From contig CBFIGY010000001.1 in NCBI GenBank assembly GCA_965662235.1, positions 160,001-224,000 of the forward strand: DNA of 64,000 bases. The letters are read 5' to 3'. Of the stretch, positions 41,284-50,783 are shown piece by piece; position 1 is the first letter of the stretch; the number at the start of each line of letters is the position of its first letter. The notes below the pieces were generated by a model. It saw nothing but the letters and a program-made list of their open reading frames with translations, searched no databases and was not told where the DNA came from. The position numbers and the translations under genes are program-made. This DNA comes from an uncultured bacterium. Its GTDB lineage: Bacteria; SAR324; NAC60-12.

Positions 41284-41512
41284 CTCACAGCTTACCGGTG
41301 ACCTTGGCCCCTGCCACTGCTCTTCCGGACGTAGCTCTCGGCGCCCAGACGGTTCCTGGCCAAGAGCCTCTGGAAAAAATCAATCAATTTGAGCAGGTTA
41401 CCCATCGGTTGCATTCGACCTCATTTCGAGGATTCCCGCTTTACTTCCCTTCTGGGTCAGGTAAGCTTTCCCTTCCGTCACCCTGATTTTTACCAGTCAT
41501 GAGGAAAACCTG

Positions 41513-42163
41513 ATGAAAGCGTTTCTTTCACTGTGCCTGCTCCTCCTTTCAGGCTCCCTCTTGGCCCAGACTCCCGGGGCCCAACGCAACGAACACCTCC
41601 ACGGAATTGGATTTGGCCTTGAGGCACCTGGCATTGCGCTGTCGTATGACCTCACCCTGGGGGCGCCTCTGCAGCTTCACTTCTTTGGCGCCCTCAACAC
41701 CGACCAGTCGTCCTCCCTCCTGAGCGGCACCAGCATCCAGACCACCCGACGCCTGACGGGAATCTCGGTGCGCTTCTTCCCCAGCGAAGAGTACGGCGTG
41801 TTCATTGGCCTAGGCGGCGGTGCCTTTTCCGCGAAGCAGACGGTGGATCAGTCCATCACCTGCTCCTCGGTTTTCACAGCACTCAATCCGGACATCTGTA
41901 CGGGAAACGAAGGAACCACGCTGTCTCAGACCACCGAGTCTGAACTTTCGGGAACAGCAGGTTTTGGGGAAATCGGATGGCAGGGCAATTACGGCATCTA
42001 CGTCACGCTGGGCGCACGAGTGGGAACCCTCTCCGTCGCCGATGAAACCGACCGGACGGATCAGGTGCTGGATGCCTCAGACGATCGCGCAACCGCTGAC
42101 GACCAGTGGACCAGTGCTCAGCACCTGAGCGGAGCCGTCGTCACCGTTGGAGTGGCGTTTTAG
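41513..42163 (+). CDS. Hypothetical small outer-membrane beta-barrel protein
   Basis: Signal peptide, alternating Gly/hydrophobic strands, C-terminal VTVGVAF. Confidence 0.65.
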   Translation: MKAFLSLCLLLLSGSLLAQTPGAQRNEHLHGIGFGLEAPGIALSYDLTLGAPLQLHFFGALNTDQSSSLLSGTSIQTTRRLTGISVRFFPSEEYGVFIGLGGGAFSAKQTVDQSITCSSVFTALNPDICTGNEGTTLSQTTESELSGTAGFGEIGWQGNYGIYVTLGARVGTLSVADETDRTDQVLDASDDRATADDQWTSAQHLSGAVVTVGVAF

Positions 42164-44135
42164 GCGCCTCTCCTTCACCGGAGCCGCCACCCGAGGCCTG
42201 CAGCTGCTGCAGAAGGTCCGGGATGTGCGCTGCACGGTTGCTGTAGACGGCTTCCCGAATGCTCTGGGCCAGCTGAAGCAGGGGCGTGTCATATCCCTGA
42301 CAGAGGCGCTCCAAAGCGTCAGCTTGCTCCACCAGCTGAACCGACTGAAACACCGGAAGGCTCTGGAGCACTGCGATGATCCGTTGCGCCTGACGGCAGC
42401 GTTCCGGGGGCAAAGGGGGAACCTCAGACGGAACCTCGGGCAACAAGGTCGTCAGGGTTTGCTCCAGCTCCTCGAGAAGCAGCGGCTTTGTCAAGAAAGC
42501 ATTGGCGCCAGCCTCCTGAGCCTGGTGCTGCGCCTCTGGAAACACATCCGCTGTGCAGGCGACAATCGGTAACGTCAGACCCGCCTCTCGGATGGCCCGA
42601 ATGGCTGACCAACCGTCCAGACGCGGCAGGTGCAGGTCCATCAGAATGAGATCAAACGGCTCGGCGCTGGCCTGCTGCACACCAGAGCAGCCATCTTCCG
42701 CAAATGTGACTGAGTGCCCCAGCTCCTTCAACAGCTGTTCCGCAATCTGCCGGTTCATCGCGTGATCCTCCACCACCAAAACACGAGCGCCGGTGGTACG
42801 CCGAGCAGGCGGTCCGAGGAACCTGCCGTGCACCGATTCCTGACTGCGGCACGGCAGCGTCAGGGTGAAGGTGGTGCCGGTCTCAGGCGTGCTCTCCAGT
42901 TCAATCTGAGTCTGTAGCAGCTGACACAGCTCCCAGACAATCGCGAGCCCCAGCCCGACCCCTCCGTGCTCCCGCAAGACGGAACCATCTCCCTGCACAA
43001 ACGGCTGGAAGACCTGCAGCCGTTGCTCCTCCGGAATGCCCGGACCCTCATCACGAACCCGAAGCACCAGCTCTCCCGGACGCCAGTCAGCTTCCAGCCA
43101 AACGGAGGTGTTGGGGTGAGTGAACTTGATGGCATTTCCCACTAGGTTCGACAGAATCTGGTGGAGCTTCAGGCGGTCGGTTTCCACCACCTTGGGTACC
43201 TGCGAGCTCAGGGCATAACGCAGCGTAACCGACTTGCTCTGGGCGCTGTTGAGGTGGGAGTGGTAGAGGTGCCGGAGGAAGTCCTGCACCTGAATGGGCT
43301 CCTGCTGCACCTCCATGCGTCCGGACTCAATCCGAGAGAGATCCAGGACATGGTCCACCAGCTCCCGTAAGGTGGCACTGCTGTTGAGAATGCTCTCGAG
43401 CGGCTGCACCAGCTCCGGATCGGCCTGCACCTCTGGGCGGCGTAACAGCAACTGCGTAAATCCGGAAATGGCATTGAGGGGGGTTCGGAACTCGTGACTC
43501 ATGTTTGCCAGAAAGCGTGTTTTGCTGGCGTTGGCTTGCTCTGCCGCTTCCTTGGCCTCAGCCAAAGCAGCCTCGGCCCGCTGACGCTCCGCCAGCTCAA
43601 TCTGGAACTGCTCCCGCAGCACCTCGATTTCCAGCGGCTCCGGCGTCAAAAGAGCCGCAAACGGAGGCGTTCCCTGCCGCTCTTGCTCTGCCAGGCGACG
43701 GACATGAGCCACCGCCTGAGCTTCACGAGCGTGAAAACTGACGTTCAGATCCGGAGTGAAGAGCGTCACAAAGCGTCCCAGCCCCCGCCACACGCCTGAA
43801 GCTTCAATGAAAGCAATTCCTCCCAGACGGTCTCGGGTCAGTTCAGCCTCCTGCTTCATGCGCTTCCGGGCCCCAGAGGCGAAGGTGACGGTTCCGGACA
43901 CCACCGTGTAACAACGGCAGGGCGCCTGATGCTGCACCAACGCATCCAGCACGCGGTCTCGGATGGCAAACTCCCCCCTTAGCGCCTCTTCGTCAATGTG
44001 CCCAGCAAGCCGAATGCGGAACAGTGTGCCCTCAAGGTGCTCGGTAACCGTGGTGTAGCTTCCGTTTGGATGAGTGTAGCGTAATTCATGGGGCTGGATG
44101 CCCAAGCGCTCCAGCGTGATCTCTTCCCAACGCAT
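42141..44135 (-). CDS. Cytoplasmic hybrid histidine kinase/response regulator
   Basis: FLANMSHEFRTPLN H-box, NLVGNAIKFT, DEGPGI, GGVGLGL, receiver DLILMDLHLP; ATG at 44135 overlaps the upstream stop (TGATG). Confidence 0.93.
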   Translation of the reverse strand: MRWEEITLERLGIQPHELRYTHPNGSYTTVTEHLEGTLFRIRLAGHIDEEALRGEFAIRDRVLDALVQHQAPCRCYTVVSGTVTFASGARKRMKQEAELTRDRLGGIAFIEASGVWRGLGRFVTLFTPDLNVSFHAREAQAVAHVRRLAEQERQGTPPFAALLTPEPLEIEVLREQFQIELAERQRAEAALAEAKEAAEQANASKTRFLANMSHEFRTPLNAISGFTQLLLRRPEVQADPELVQPLESILNSSATLRELVDHVLDLSRIESGRMEVQQEPIQVQDFLRHLYHSHLNSAQSKSVTLRYALSSQVPKVVETDRLKLHQILSNLVGNAIKFTHPNTSVWLEADWRPGELVLRVRDEGPGIPEEQRLQVFQPFVQGDGSVLREHGGVGLGLAIVWELCQLLQTQIELESTPETGTTFTLTLPCRSQESVHGRFLGPPARRTTGARVLVVEDHAMNRQIAEQLLKELGHSVTFAEDGCSGVQQASAEPFDLILMDLHLPRLDGWSAIRAIREAGLTLPIVACTADVFPEAQHQAQEAGANAFLTKPLLLEELEQTLTTLLPEVPSEVPPLPPERCRQAQRIIAVLQSLPVFQSVQLVEQADALERLCQGYDTPLLQLAQSIREAVYSNRAAHIPDLLQQLQASGGGSGEGEAPKTPLQR

Positions 44136-45016
44136 CAGGATGGTCGCAGCAAGGCATCCAGCTCCTCCAGCTTCAGGCGAAGACGGAGGTCCAGATCCGG
44201 GTCCGGAAGTTTCAGGCGCAGGACATAGGTGGCGGTCTGGACCACGTTGCGCCAACGGGGATGCCGAGGCAGTCGGTCGAGGGAGAGGTACTTGTCCAGC
44301 GTACGGGGATAGGCTCCTCCGTCTGGGTCATGAGAGACGGTCCAGAGTCCACTGGCTTCTGCCAACTCAACCACTCCCGCACCGGTTCCCGACTCCCAGA
44401 GCCGCACCGCAAGCTGAAGGGTCTCCACCAGCAACCGTCTCACAGAAGGCGGCTCTGCTGCTGCTGGAGGAAGCAAGTCTGGCAGCTCTGCAAACGCGCC
44501 CCCCTGCTCCTCTGTTGCCACTGGACCTGTGCGAGGAAGCAGCCCCTGGATTTCGCGGACCAGCTGGTCCATCTCCCCCAAACGCTGCTGGACCACCTGA
44601 TTCACCTTCCGCTGCGTTTCCAGCTCGCGCAGCAAGCGCCGTTGCAGGCGTTCCAGACGCAGCGCGGCCCCAACGCGAGCCCGAAACTCCACGGCCCCAA
44701 TCGGCTTACGCAAAAAGTCCCGGGCTCCAGCATCCAAGCACTCTGCCAAGAGGCCCTCGGAGTCGTCAGCAGTGATCATGATGACAGGAAGGCGCCGGTA
44801 CTCCGGATGCCCCTGCAGGCGCTGAAGCAGCTCCATCCCGCCACCTTGAGGAAAGTGGACGTCGAGCAGCAGCAGCTCAATCGCCTCCTGCGCCAAAATG
44901 GCATCCACAAACTCCAGCCCCAACGCAAACTGACAGGTGTGTCCGGACTGACGAACCAGAACCTGAAGCTGCTGCACGGTCGCTGCGTCATCATCGACAA
45001 TCAGTAGTTTGGCCAT
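44135..45016 (-). CDS. Response regulator with C-terminal ChiS-family-like DNA-binding domain
   Basis: N-terminal receiver (IVDDD, LLDVHFP, RKP), coiled coil, C-terminal LAEASGLW...RTLDKYL...LP..PRWR.V. Confidence 0.85.
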   Translation of the reverse strand: MAKLLIVDDDAATVQQLQVLVRQSGHTCQFALGLEFVDAILAQEAIELLLLDVHFPQGGGMELLQRLQGHPEYRRLPVIMITADDSEGLLAECLDAGARDFLRKPIGAVEFRARVGAALRLERLQRRLLRELETQRKVNQVVQQRLGEMDQLVREIQGLLPRTGPVATEEQGGAFAELPDLLPPAAAEPPSVRRLLVETLQLAVRLWESGTGAGVVELAEASGLWTVSHDPDGGAYPRTLDKYLSLDRLPRHPRWRNVVQTATYVLRLKLPDPDLDLRLRLKLEELDALLRPS

Positions 45017-45194
45017 GCCCCCTCACAACAGATGAATCAGAAAACGAGTTCTAAGGGGTTCCCCTGCGCATTTCAAGTCCGGGCCCCCGTTTTACAGGTT
45101 TTTACAGAAACCAACAGGGAACTGGATTGAGCCTGAAGCTTCTTTTCTTGACGATACCGTTTTTGTCCGAATTCCTCCTTTCCGAAAGGTCCTC

Positions 45195-46376
45195 ATGAAC
45201 AAGCTCTTCCTCCTCTTTGCCCTGGGAGCCAGCCTTGCGTTGGCCGGTTGCAGTGACAGCAGCAGCAACGACGCGCCAGCGTCTACCGAATCGGGGTCGG
45301 CGATGACCACCGCCTTTGTCACCACCACAACCACCATGGACACCGTGGCCAACCTCAGTCCCTCTGCCCGTAGCGCCGGCAAGGGATTTAGCGACAACGG
45401 CACCAACCTCTGGACCACCCCTGCAGGAGACGTCTTCTGGGACGACACTGCCAGCTCCCCCACGCTCATCAGCCCCAAGGACTGGATGGCCATTCAGCTC
45501 GATACGGATGCGGAACGGAGTAGTAACGGATCCAAGATTTCTATTTTTGGACGCTTCCGGGAGGCCCTTACCTTCTTCTGCGCTGTCGGACTTGGGTTGG
45601 ACAGCACGCAGCTGGACGTCAACAACTACCCCAATGACGGCACCCTGACCTTAACCGTTACAGCCCCCCTTGCCGAGGCCTTTACACAGTACTGTGGCAT
45701 TGCAGACGCAGCCAACTTTGTCGGAGGCTCCCTTCAGCTTCAGGTCAGCACCCCCAGTGATACCACCACCTACGACAAGCAGGTGGTACTCACGCTGCCC
45801 ACCGGAGGCACCCAGACCTTTCTCCTCCGCTCCAATGAAAGTGAAATCAACGTGGCCACGCTGGAAGTCAACAGCGACGGCATCAGTCGTACTGTCGTTG
45901 ATTATGACCTGAGCACCTACCTGCTGAAGGTCGAGTACCTCTCGGCTCCGGACAACACCACGCTGAGCAATGGAGACACCCTTTACACCTACCGCCTGCT
46001 CCTTGATCAAGCAACCGACCAGGCCTACCTGATGATGGGTTTTCATCAACAAGACTCGACCAGCAAGGACGTGCGCTACATCCTCGCAGGGATGCCGACC
46101 TTTGGCAGCAAGTACTCCCTGACCATGGAGTCCAGTGCTCTGAATACCGGATCCTACCAGGCCTGTGTCAGTGCCAGAAATGGCGACCTCGAGGCTGACA
46201 ATGCCAGCTGCGGCGTCAGCACAACCACCATTGCCGGAGTCGATGTCGATGGGTCTGTGGTTGACACCTTTGTCAACAACTGGGATCACACTCAGTACCG
46301 AACCATCGGAGCCGGTACCACTCAGCTCACTTTCAGCAAAACCGATTTTGCCAGTGCCGCCTTCAGTCAGGATTAA
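45195..46376 (+). CDS. Hypothetical Ser/Thr-rich lipoprotein
   Basis: Lipobox LAGC followed by an SDSSSN tether. Confidence 0.75.
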   Translation: MNKLFLLFALGASLALAGCSDSSSNDAPASTESGSAMTTAFVTTTTTMDTVANLSPSARSAGKGFSDNGTNLWTTPAGDVFWDDTASSPTLISPKDWMAIQLDTDAERSSNGSKISIFGRFREALTFFCAVGLGLDSTQLDVNNYPNDGTLTLTVTAPLAEAFTQYCGIADAANFVGGSLQLQVSTPSDTTTYDKQVVLTLPTGGTQTFLLRSNESEINVATLEVNSDGISRTVVDYDLSTYLLKVEYLSAPDNTTLSNGDTLYTYRLLLDQATDQAYLMMGFHQQDSTSKDVRYILAGMPTFGSKYSLTMESSALNTGSYQACVSARNGDLEADNASCGVSTTTIAGVDVDGSVVDTFVNNWDHTQYRTIGAGTTQLTFSKTDFASAAFSQD

Positions 46377-46584
46377 CCAGAACCTCAGACGCTGAGATTG
46401 GCAAGAAAACAGCCCTCCCTCTTCTCGGACGGATTCGGCTTCAGAGGCGCCCGGAAGAGCTCTTTTTTCAGCAAGCAAGCTTGAGGGAGGGATCACGTGT
46501 CAAATGATCGAATTATTTGGATTCTTTACTAAAAACCCAATAACCTAGTTCCACTGTTTCCCGCCTTGTTCGATTCAGGTTATC

Positions 46585-47220
46585 GTGATCGCTCGTCGTC
46601 TTGTCCTTGCAGTCCTGACCCTGGTGTTCAGCTCCGGAGTGCTCCTTGCTCAGGAGGTTGTTGAACTCCTAGGAGGCAGCGCTGAACTTCAGAGAGGTCG
46701 CCGCCTCATTGCGCTCACCGATCGTCCGGAACTTCTGGAAGCCGGAGACGTGCTGAGGACGTTTGCCGAAGGAAGGCTGCAGCTGCAACTCCGCAGTGGA
46801 GACACCCTCACGCTTGCTCCCCGCACCGAAACCCGCTACGAGCCGTCTTCCACGACCTCCAATGCCTTTACCCTCACGCTGGAAGGGCAGGTTTTGGCAC
46901 GAATTGCCACCCTGCCGCAGGCGCGCCAAGTGAACATCCGGACGCCCAACGCGGTGGTCTCGGTACGGGGGACGGAGTTTGTGGTGCAGTTCCTTCAGCA
47001 GGAAACCGCGGTGGGCACCCTAGAGGGGCTGGTGGAACTGACGGCGCCCGATGGAGCATCAGTGGAGGTTCCGGCAGGAAGCCGCTCAGGCGTCAATGCC
47101 TCTGGGACCGTGCTACCGCTCTCCGCGTTTGCCGGTGAGATGCTCAAGGACTTCGAATTTGCCGGCGAGCAGATGGATGCCGGAGGCGCCGCGGGAGAGC
47201 GTATTGACCTGAGTCGTTAA
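46585..47220 (+). CDS. FecR domain-containing exported protein
   Basis: GDVLRT..GR.QL, L.GQV, IRTPNAVVSVRGTEF, LEGLVEL. Confidence 0.85.
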   Translation: MIARRLVLAVLTLVFSSGVLLAQEVVELLGGSAELQRGRRLIALTDRPELLEAGDVLRTFAEGRLQLQLRSGDTLTLAPRTETRYEPSSTTSNAFTLTLEGQVLARIATLPQARQVNIRTPNAVVSVRGTEFVVQFLQQETAVGTLEGLVELTAPDGASVEVPAGSRSGVNASGTVLPLSAFAGEMLKDFEFAGEQMDAGGAAGERIDLSR

Positions 47221-47241
47221 ATCTGCAACTGAGACTCTGCC

Positions 47242-48477
47242 ATGTTGACGCGCATCTGGCCAGCACTCCTGCTGGCTTTTTTCCTGGGCCTTCCGCTGCA
47301 TGCCGCGGACCTCTTCCAGCTCACCGTCACCTCTGGCGGAACCTCAGAGCAGAAGAGCTATGCCACAGCAGGTGACCTTCCGGACTATGACACCATTCAG
47401 CAACAGTTCAGCAATGTGAGCAGCTGGAGCACCAGTGCGCTAGACCTCACCCTCAACTACCGGGGCATCAACCTGGTGGCCAATTATGCCCAGAACAGCA
47501 CCACCGTTGAGTTTGAGATTCCTGACCTGAACCGCTCCTGGACCTTCTCCGGAAGCACCCGGACCGATAGCTGGGATCAGCTGTCCGATGCCCTTTCCCA
47601 GCAAGAAGACCTAGTCAATCAGCTCCTGCAGCTGATGGCCAAGACGACGCCGAATGACCCGGTTGCCGGAAATCCTTCCAGCCTCATGGATGGTCTGGTG
47701 AACACGGACTTCAACTCCGTCTTCGTCACCACAGACGCCCCTCCCATTTCTCCGGTCAGTTCGGGGACCGCGACGATCGCTCAAGACACCTCTGACGCCA
47801 ACCAGGCCCCCAACACGGCAGGAGTTGGCTTGGGCTACAGCAGCTACAAGCAGGGCGACTCCAACGTCAGCACAACGCTGCTCCCGCTCTCGTACACCTG
47901 GGTGCTGGATTCACTCGGCGACCGGACCCTCACTTTCCGGTTTCCCCTCTCCCAAGTTGAAGTCGATGGCGTGTCCGGATACGCCCTAGGGCTCGGGCTG
48001 AGCTACGCCCACAAGGTGAACTCCAACTGGTCCCTGACCCCGGCTCTCAATTACGGAGTCACGGCTTCAGAAGGCTTGGGTTCCGGAGGAGCACTCCTCA
48101 GCCTGGCGGTCACCAGCATCTACGACCTTGAGTTGAGCCCGATCACCTTGCGCTTCGGCAACCAGGTCGGGCACTATCAATCTCAACCCCTCAACGTTGG
48201 AGGCACCACCTACGACGCCAACCTCTCCAACGTCGCCTTCCGGAACGGAATCATCGTTCAGTTTCCTACCGACCAGTGGGTGGCGGACTCACAAATTGAA
48301 CCTTACCTCATTGATACCCGCTACACCGGAACCGAACTGTACATCATGCAGTACTACGAGTTTGGTCTCACCTTCAACGGGTGGCTCTTCCCCGGGTCCT
48401 TCCTGACCCTTAACCAACTCAGCGCTGAAGAAGGCAAGGCCAGCGGAACCAGCCTGCTCTTCCGGACCCTGTTCTGA
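47242..48477 (+). CDS. Hypothetical outer-membrane protein (N-terminal domain plus C-terminal beta-barrel)
   Basis: Signal peptide, DPVAGNPSSLM linker, amphipathic strands, terminal Phe. Confidence 0.65.
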   Translation: MLTRIWPALLLAFFLGLPLHAADLFQLTVTSGGTSEQKSYATAGDLPDYDTIQQQFSNVSSWSTSALDLTLNYRGINLVANYAQNSTTVEFEIPDLNRSWTFSGSTRTDSWDQLSDALSQQEDLVNQLLQLMAKTTPNDPVAGNPSSLMDGLVNTDFNSVFVTTDAPPISPVSSGTATIAQDTSDANQAPNTAGVGLGYSSYKQGDSNVSTTLLPLSYTWVLDSLGDRTLTFRFPLSQVEVDGVSGYALGLGLSYAHKVNSNWSLTPALNYGVTASEGLGSGGALLSLAVTSIYDLELSPITLRFGNQVGHYQSQPLNVGGTTYDANLSNVAFRNGIIVQFPTDQWVADSQIEPYLIDTRYTGTELYIMQYYEFGLTFNGWLFPGSFLTLNQLSAEEGKASGTSLLFRTLF

Positions 48478-48569
48478 CCCTCCATTCACACCGGCAGGCC
48501 GTTCTCTGAGCGGCCGCCTTCCTGCTCCCCGAAACCGCACTCATTTTCCTCTTGCATGGTTTTGCTAAC

Positions 48570-48591
48570 TTAGTAAATTAGTATTTACTAA
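48570..48591. promoter_or_regulatory. AT-rich palindromic operator upstream of the Fe3+-binding protein gene
   Basis: TTAGTAAAT-N4-ATTTACTAA overlapping a possible TTGCAT-16-TAAATT promoter. Confidence 0.6.
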
Positions 48592-48624
48592 TTTTAGTGT
48601 TAACTCATTCTAAGGATTAAGGTC

Positions 48625-49650
48625 ATGTGGAGAAAGTGGGCGGGAGCCCTTGCAGCGTTAGTGGTGGGAACTTCCGCCTGGGGAACCGAAATCAATGTCC
48701 TTTCAGAGCGTCAGGAATTCCTGCTGCGGCCGTTTCTGGATCGTTTTGAGCAAGAGACAGGCATTGAGGTCAACGTCTCGTATCTGGGCAAGGGGATGCT
48801 CGAGCGGTTGCAGCAACAGCCCGGAGCCATCGACCTAGTCCTGACCACCGACATCGCCAACCTGAATGCAATGGCCGAAGCAGGACTCTTCCAACCCTAT
48901 GAATCTGCGATCATTGAGAAAAACGTTCCTGCTCCGTTTCAGGATCCGGGAAATCGCTGGACGGCGCTCACGGCCCGGGCGCGGATCATTTACTACTCCT
49001 TGGATCGAGTGCAGCCCGAGGAGCTCAATCGGTATGAAGACCTCGCGGATCCCAAGTGGAAGGAACGGATCTGCGTCCGCTCCGGATACCACAACTACAA
49101 CGTTGCGTTGGTCGCGTCGTTAATTGAGCACCATGGCGAAGCCGCCACACGAGCCTGGCTAGAGGGTCTGAAGGAAAACCTCGCTCGGCGCCCGCAAGGC
49201 AACGACCGTGGTCAGGTGAAGGCCATTTATGAGGGACTTTGTGACCTCTCTTTGGGGAACACGTACTACATGGGCGCCATGCTTGCCGACCCCGAACAGC
49301 AGAGTTGGGCCAATGCCGTTGGAATCTTCTTCCCCAATCAGGAAGCCCAGGGGACGCACATGAATGTCTCCGGAGGTGCCTTGGTTCAAGAGGGACAGCA
49401 CCTTCCGGAGGCCCTGAAGCTGCTGGAGTTTCTGACAGAGGAAGAAGCGCAGTACCGGTATGCTCAGGTTAATCATGAGTATCCGGTCCGCCCGGGAACG
49501 CCGCTCTCTGAAATCGTCCGGAACTTTGGAAAGGAGCAACCCGGCGTGCAAGATGGCGTCTTCCGGCAAGACTCCCTGGCGTTGAGCAAGATCGCCCATC
49601 GTCGCACCGAAGCCATCCAGCTTCTTGACGAGGTCGGCTTCGATCAGTGA
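48625..49650 (+). CDS. Fe(3+) ABC transporter substrate-binding protein (FutA/FbpA family)
   Basis: F..ETGIEVN, LT.RAR, RSG.H.YN, PQGNDRGQ, GNTYY Tyr ligands, H.NVSG, NHEYPV. Confidence 0.92.
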   Translation: MWRKWAGALAALVVGTSAWGTEINVLSERQEFLLRPFLDRFEQETGIEVNVSYLGKGMLERLQQQPGAIDLVLTTDIANLNAMAEAGLFQPYESAIIEKNVPAPFQDPGNRWTALTARARIIYYSLDRVQPEELNRYEDLADPKWKERICVRSGYHNYNVALVASLIEHHGEAATRAWLEGLKENLARRPQGNDRGQVKAIYEGLCDLSLGNTYYMGAMLADPEQQSWANAVGIFFPNQEAQGTHMNVSGGALVQEGQHLPEALKLLEFLTEEEAQYRYAQVNHEYPVRPGTPLSEIVRNFGKEQPGVQDGVFRQDSLALSKIAHRRTEAIQLLDEVGFDQ

Positions 49651-49706
49651 ACACCCAATCGGATCTTCTCAGAACCGGATGAACGTCTGCCTCCGGAAGC
49701 CCTGCC

Positions 49707-50669
49707 TCAGATCTCCGCTGTGACCAGGGCTTCAGCTTCTCGACGGGCCACATCTGCCAGCGGCGTGCTGAGGTAACGTTCGGCAAAGCTGGCGCAGATC
49801 ACCACCACCTTCTTGCCGCTCATCTCCGGACGAGCCCCCACCTGCAACGCCGCCCAGATGGCCGCCCCAGAAGAGATCCCCACCGGGATGCCTTCCACCA
49901 GGCCCATCTTTTGAGCCGTCTCAAAGGCGTCTTCATTGCTCACCTGAACCACCTCATCCAGAATGTCCACGTTCAGGTTCTGAGGAATGAAGCCTGCTCC
50001 AATGCCCTGGATTTTGTGAGGGCCCGGCTGTCCGCCACTGATCACTGGGCTGGCCGTCGGCTCCACCGCAATCGCTCGAAAGCTCGGCTTCCGGGCCTTG
50101 ATGACTTCCGCCACTCCGGTGATCGTTCCTCCAGTCCCCACGCCGGCCACCAGCGCATCCACTTCACCGTTGGTGTCATTCCAGATCTCCAGCGCGGTGG
50201 TCTGACGGTGCACTTCCGGATTGGCGGGATTGTTAAACTGCTGAGGCATGAACCCCCGGGCGCCCTGTTCAGCGACAATCTGCTCAGCTTTGGCAATCGC
50301 TCCGTTCATGCCTCGAGCCCCAGGCGTCAGAACAATCTCTGCGCCTAGCATCCGGAAGAGGATGCGCCGTTCCACCGACATGGTCTCGGGCATGGTCAGA
50401 ATCAACCGATAGTTTCGAGCGGCGCAGGCAAACGCCAATCCAATTCCGGTGTTTCCAGAGGTCGGTTCCACAACCACCCCGTCCGCGGGAAGCACCCCTT
50501 GACTCTCTGCGGCGTTGATCATCGCCACTCCAATCCGGTCCTTGACGCTCGACATGGGGTTGAAGAACTCGCACTTGGCGTAAATTTCGGCCGCGCACCC
50601 TTCAGTCAATTTATTCAAACGAATCAACGGAGTATTTCCTACACTCCGGGTCACATCGGTTACCAGCAT
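49707..50669 (-). CDS. cysK: Cysteine synthase A
   Basis: SSVKDRI PLP-Lys, [33 protein letters not shown]. Confidence 0.97.
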   Translation of the reverse strand: MLVTDVTRSVGNTPLIRLNKLTEGCAAEIYAKCEFFNPMSSVKDRIGVAMINAAESQGVLPADGVVVEPTSGNTGIGLAFACAARNYRLILTMPETMSVERRILFRMLGAEIVLTPGARGMNGAIAKAEQIVAEQGARGFMPQQFNNPANPEVHRQTTALEIWNDTNGEVDALVAGVGTGGTITGVAEVIKARKPSFRAIAVEPTASPVISGGQPGPHKIQGIGAGFIPQNLNVDILDEVVQVSNEDAFETAQKMGLVEGIPVGISSGAAIWAALQVGARPEMSGKKVVVICASFAERYLSTPLADVARREAEALVTAEI

Positions 50670-50783
50670 CGGTTCTGCTCCAGCTAAAGGTCCATCAAAA
50701 GGCAGAAAAACACACTCAAGTAGTGTTCCTCAAAGCCCGCCTAATTTCAATATATTAAATTTATTCTATTTTAAAGAAATCAC

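Noticed and set aside
41191..41512. Moco riboswitch or small gene upstream of the molybdoenzyme
   Set aside because: No recognisable Moco RNA features; the short ORFs lack RBS and coding character
46413..46491. CCCTCCCTC/GAGGGAGGG inverted repeat as a MITE or sRNA
   Set aside because: Only 9 bp, low complexity, single copy, no target-site duplication
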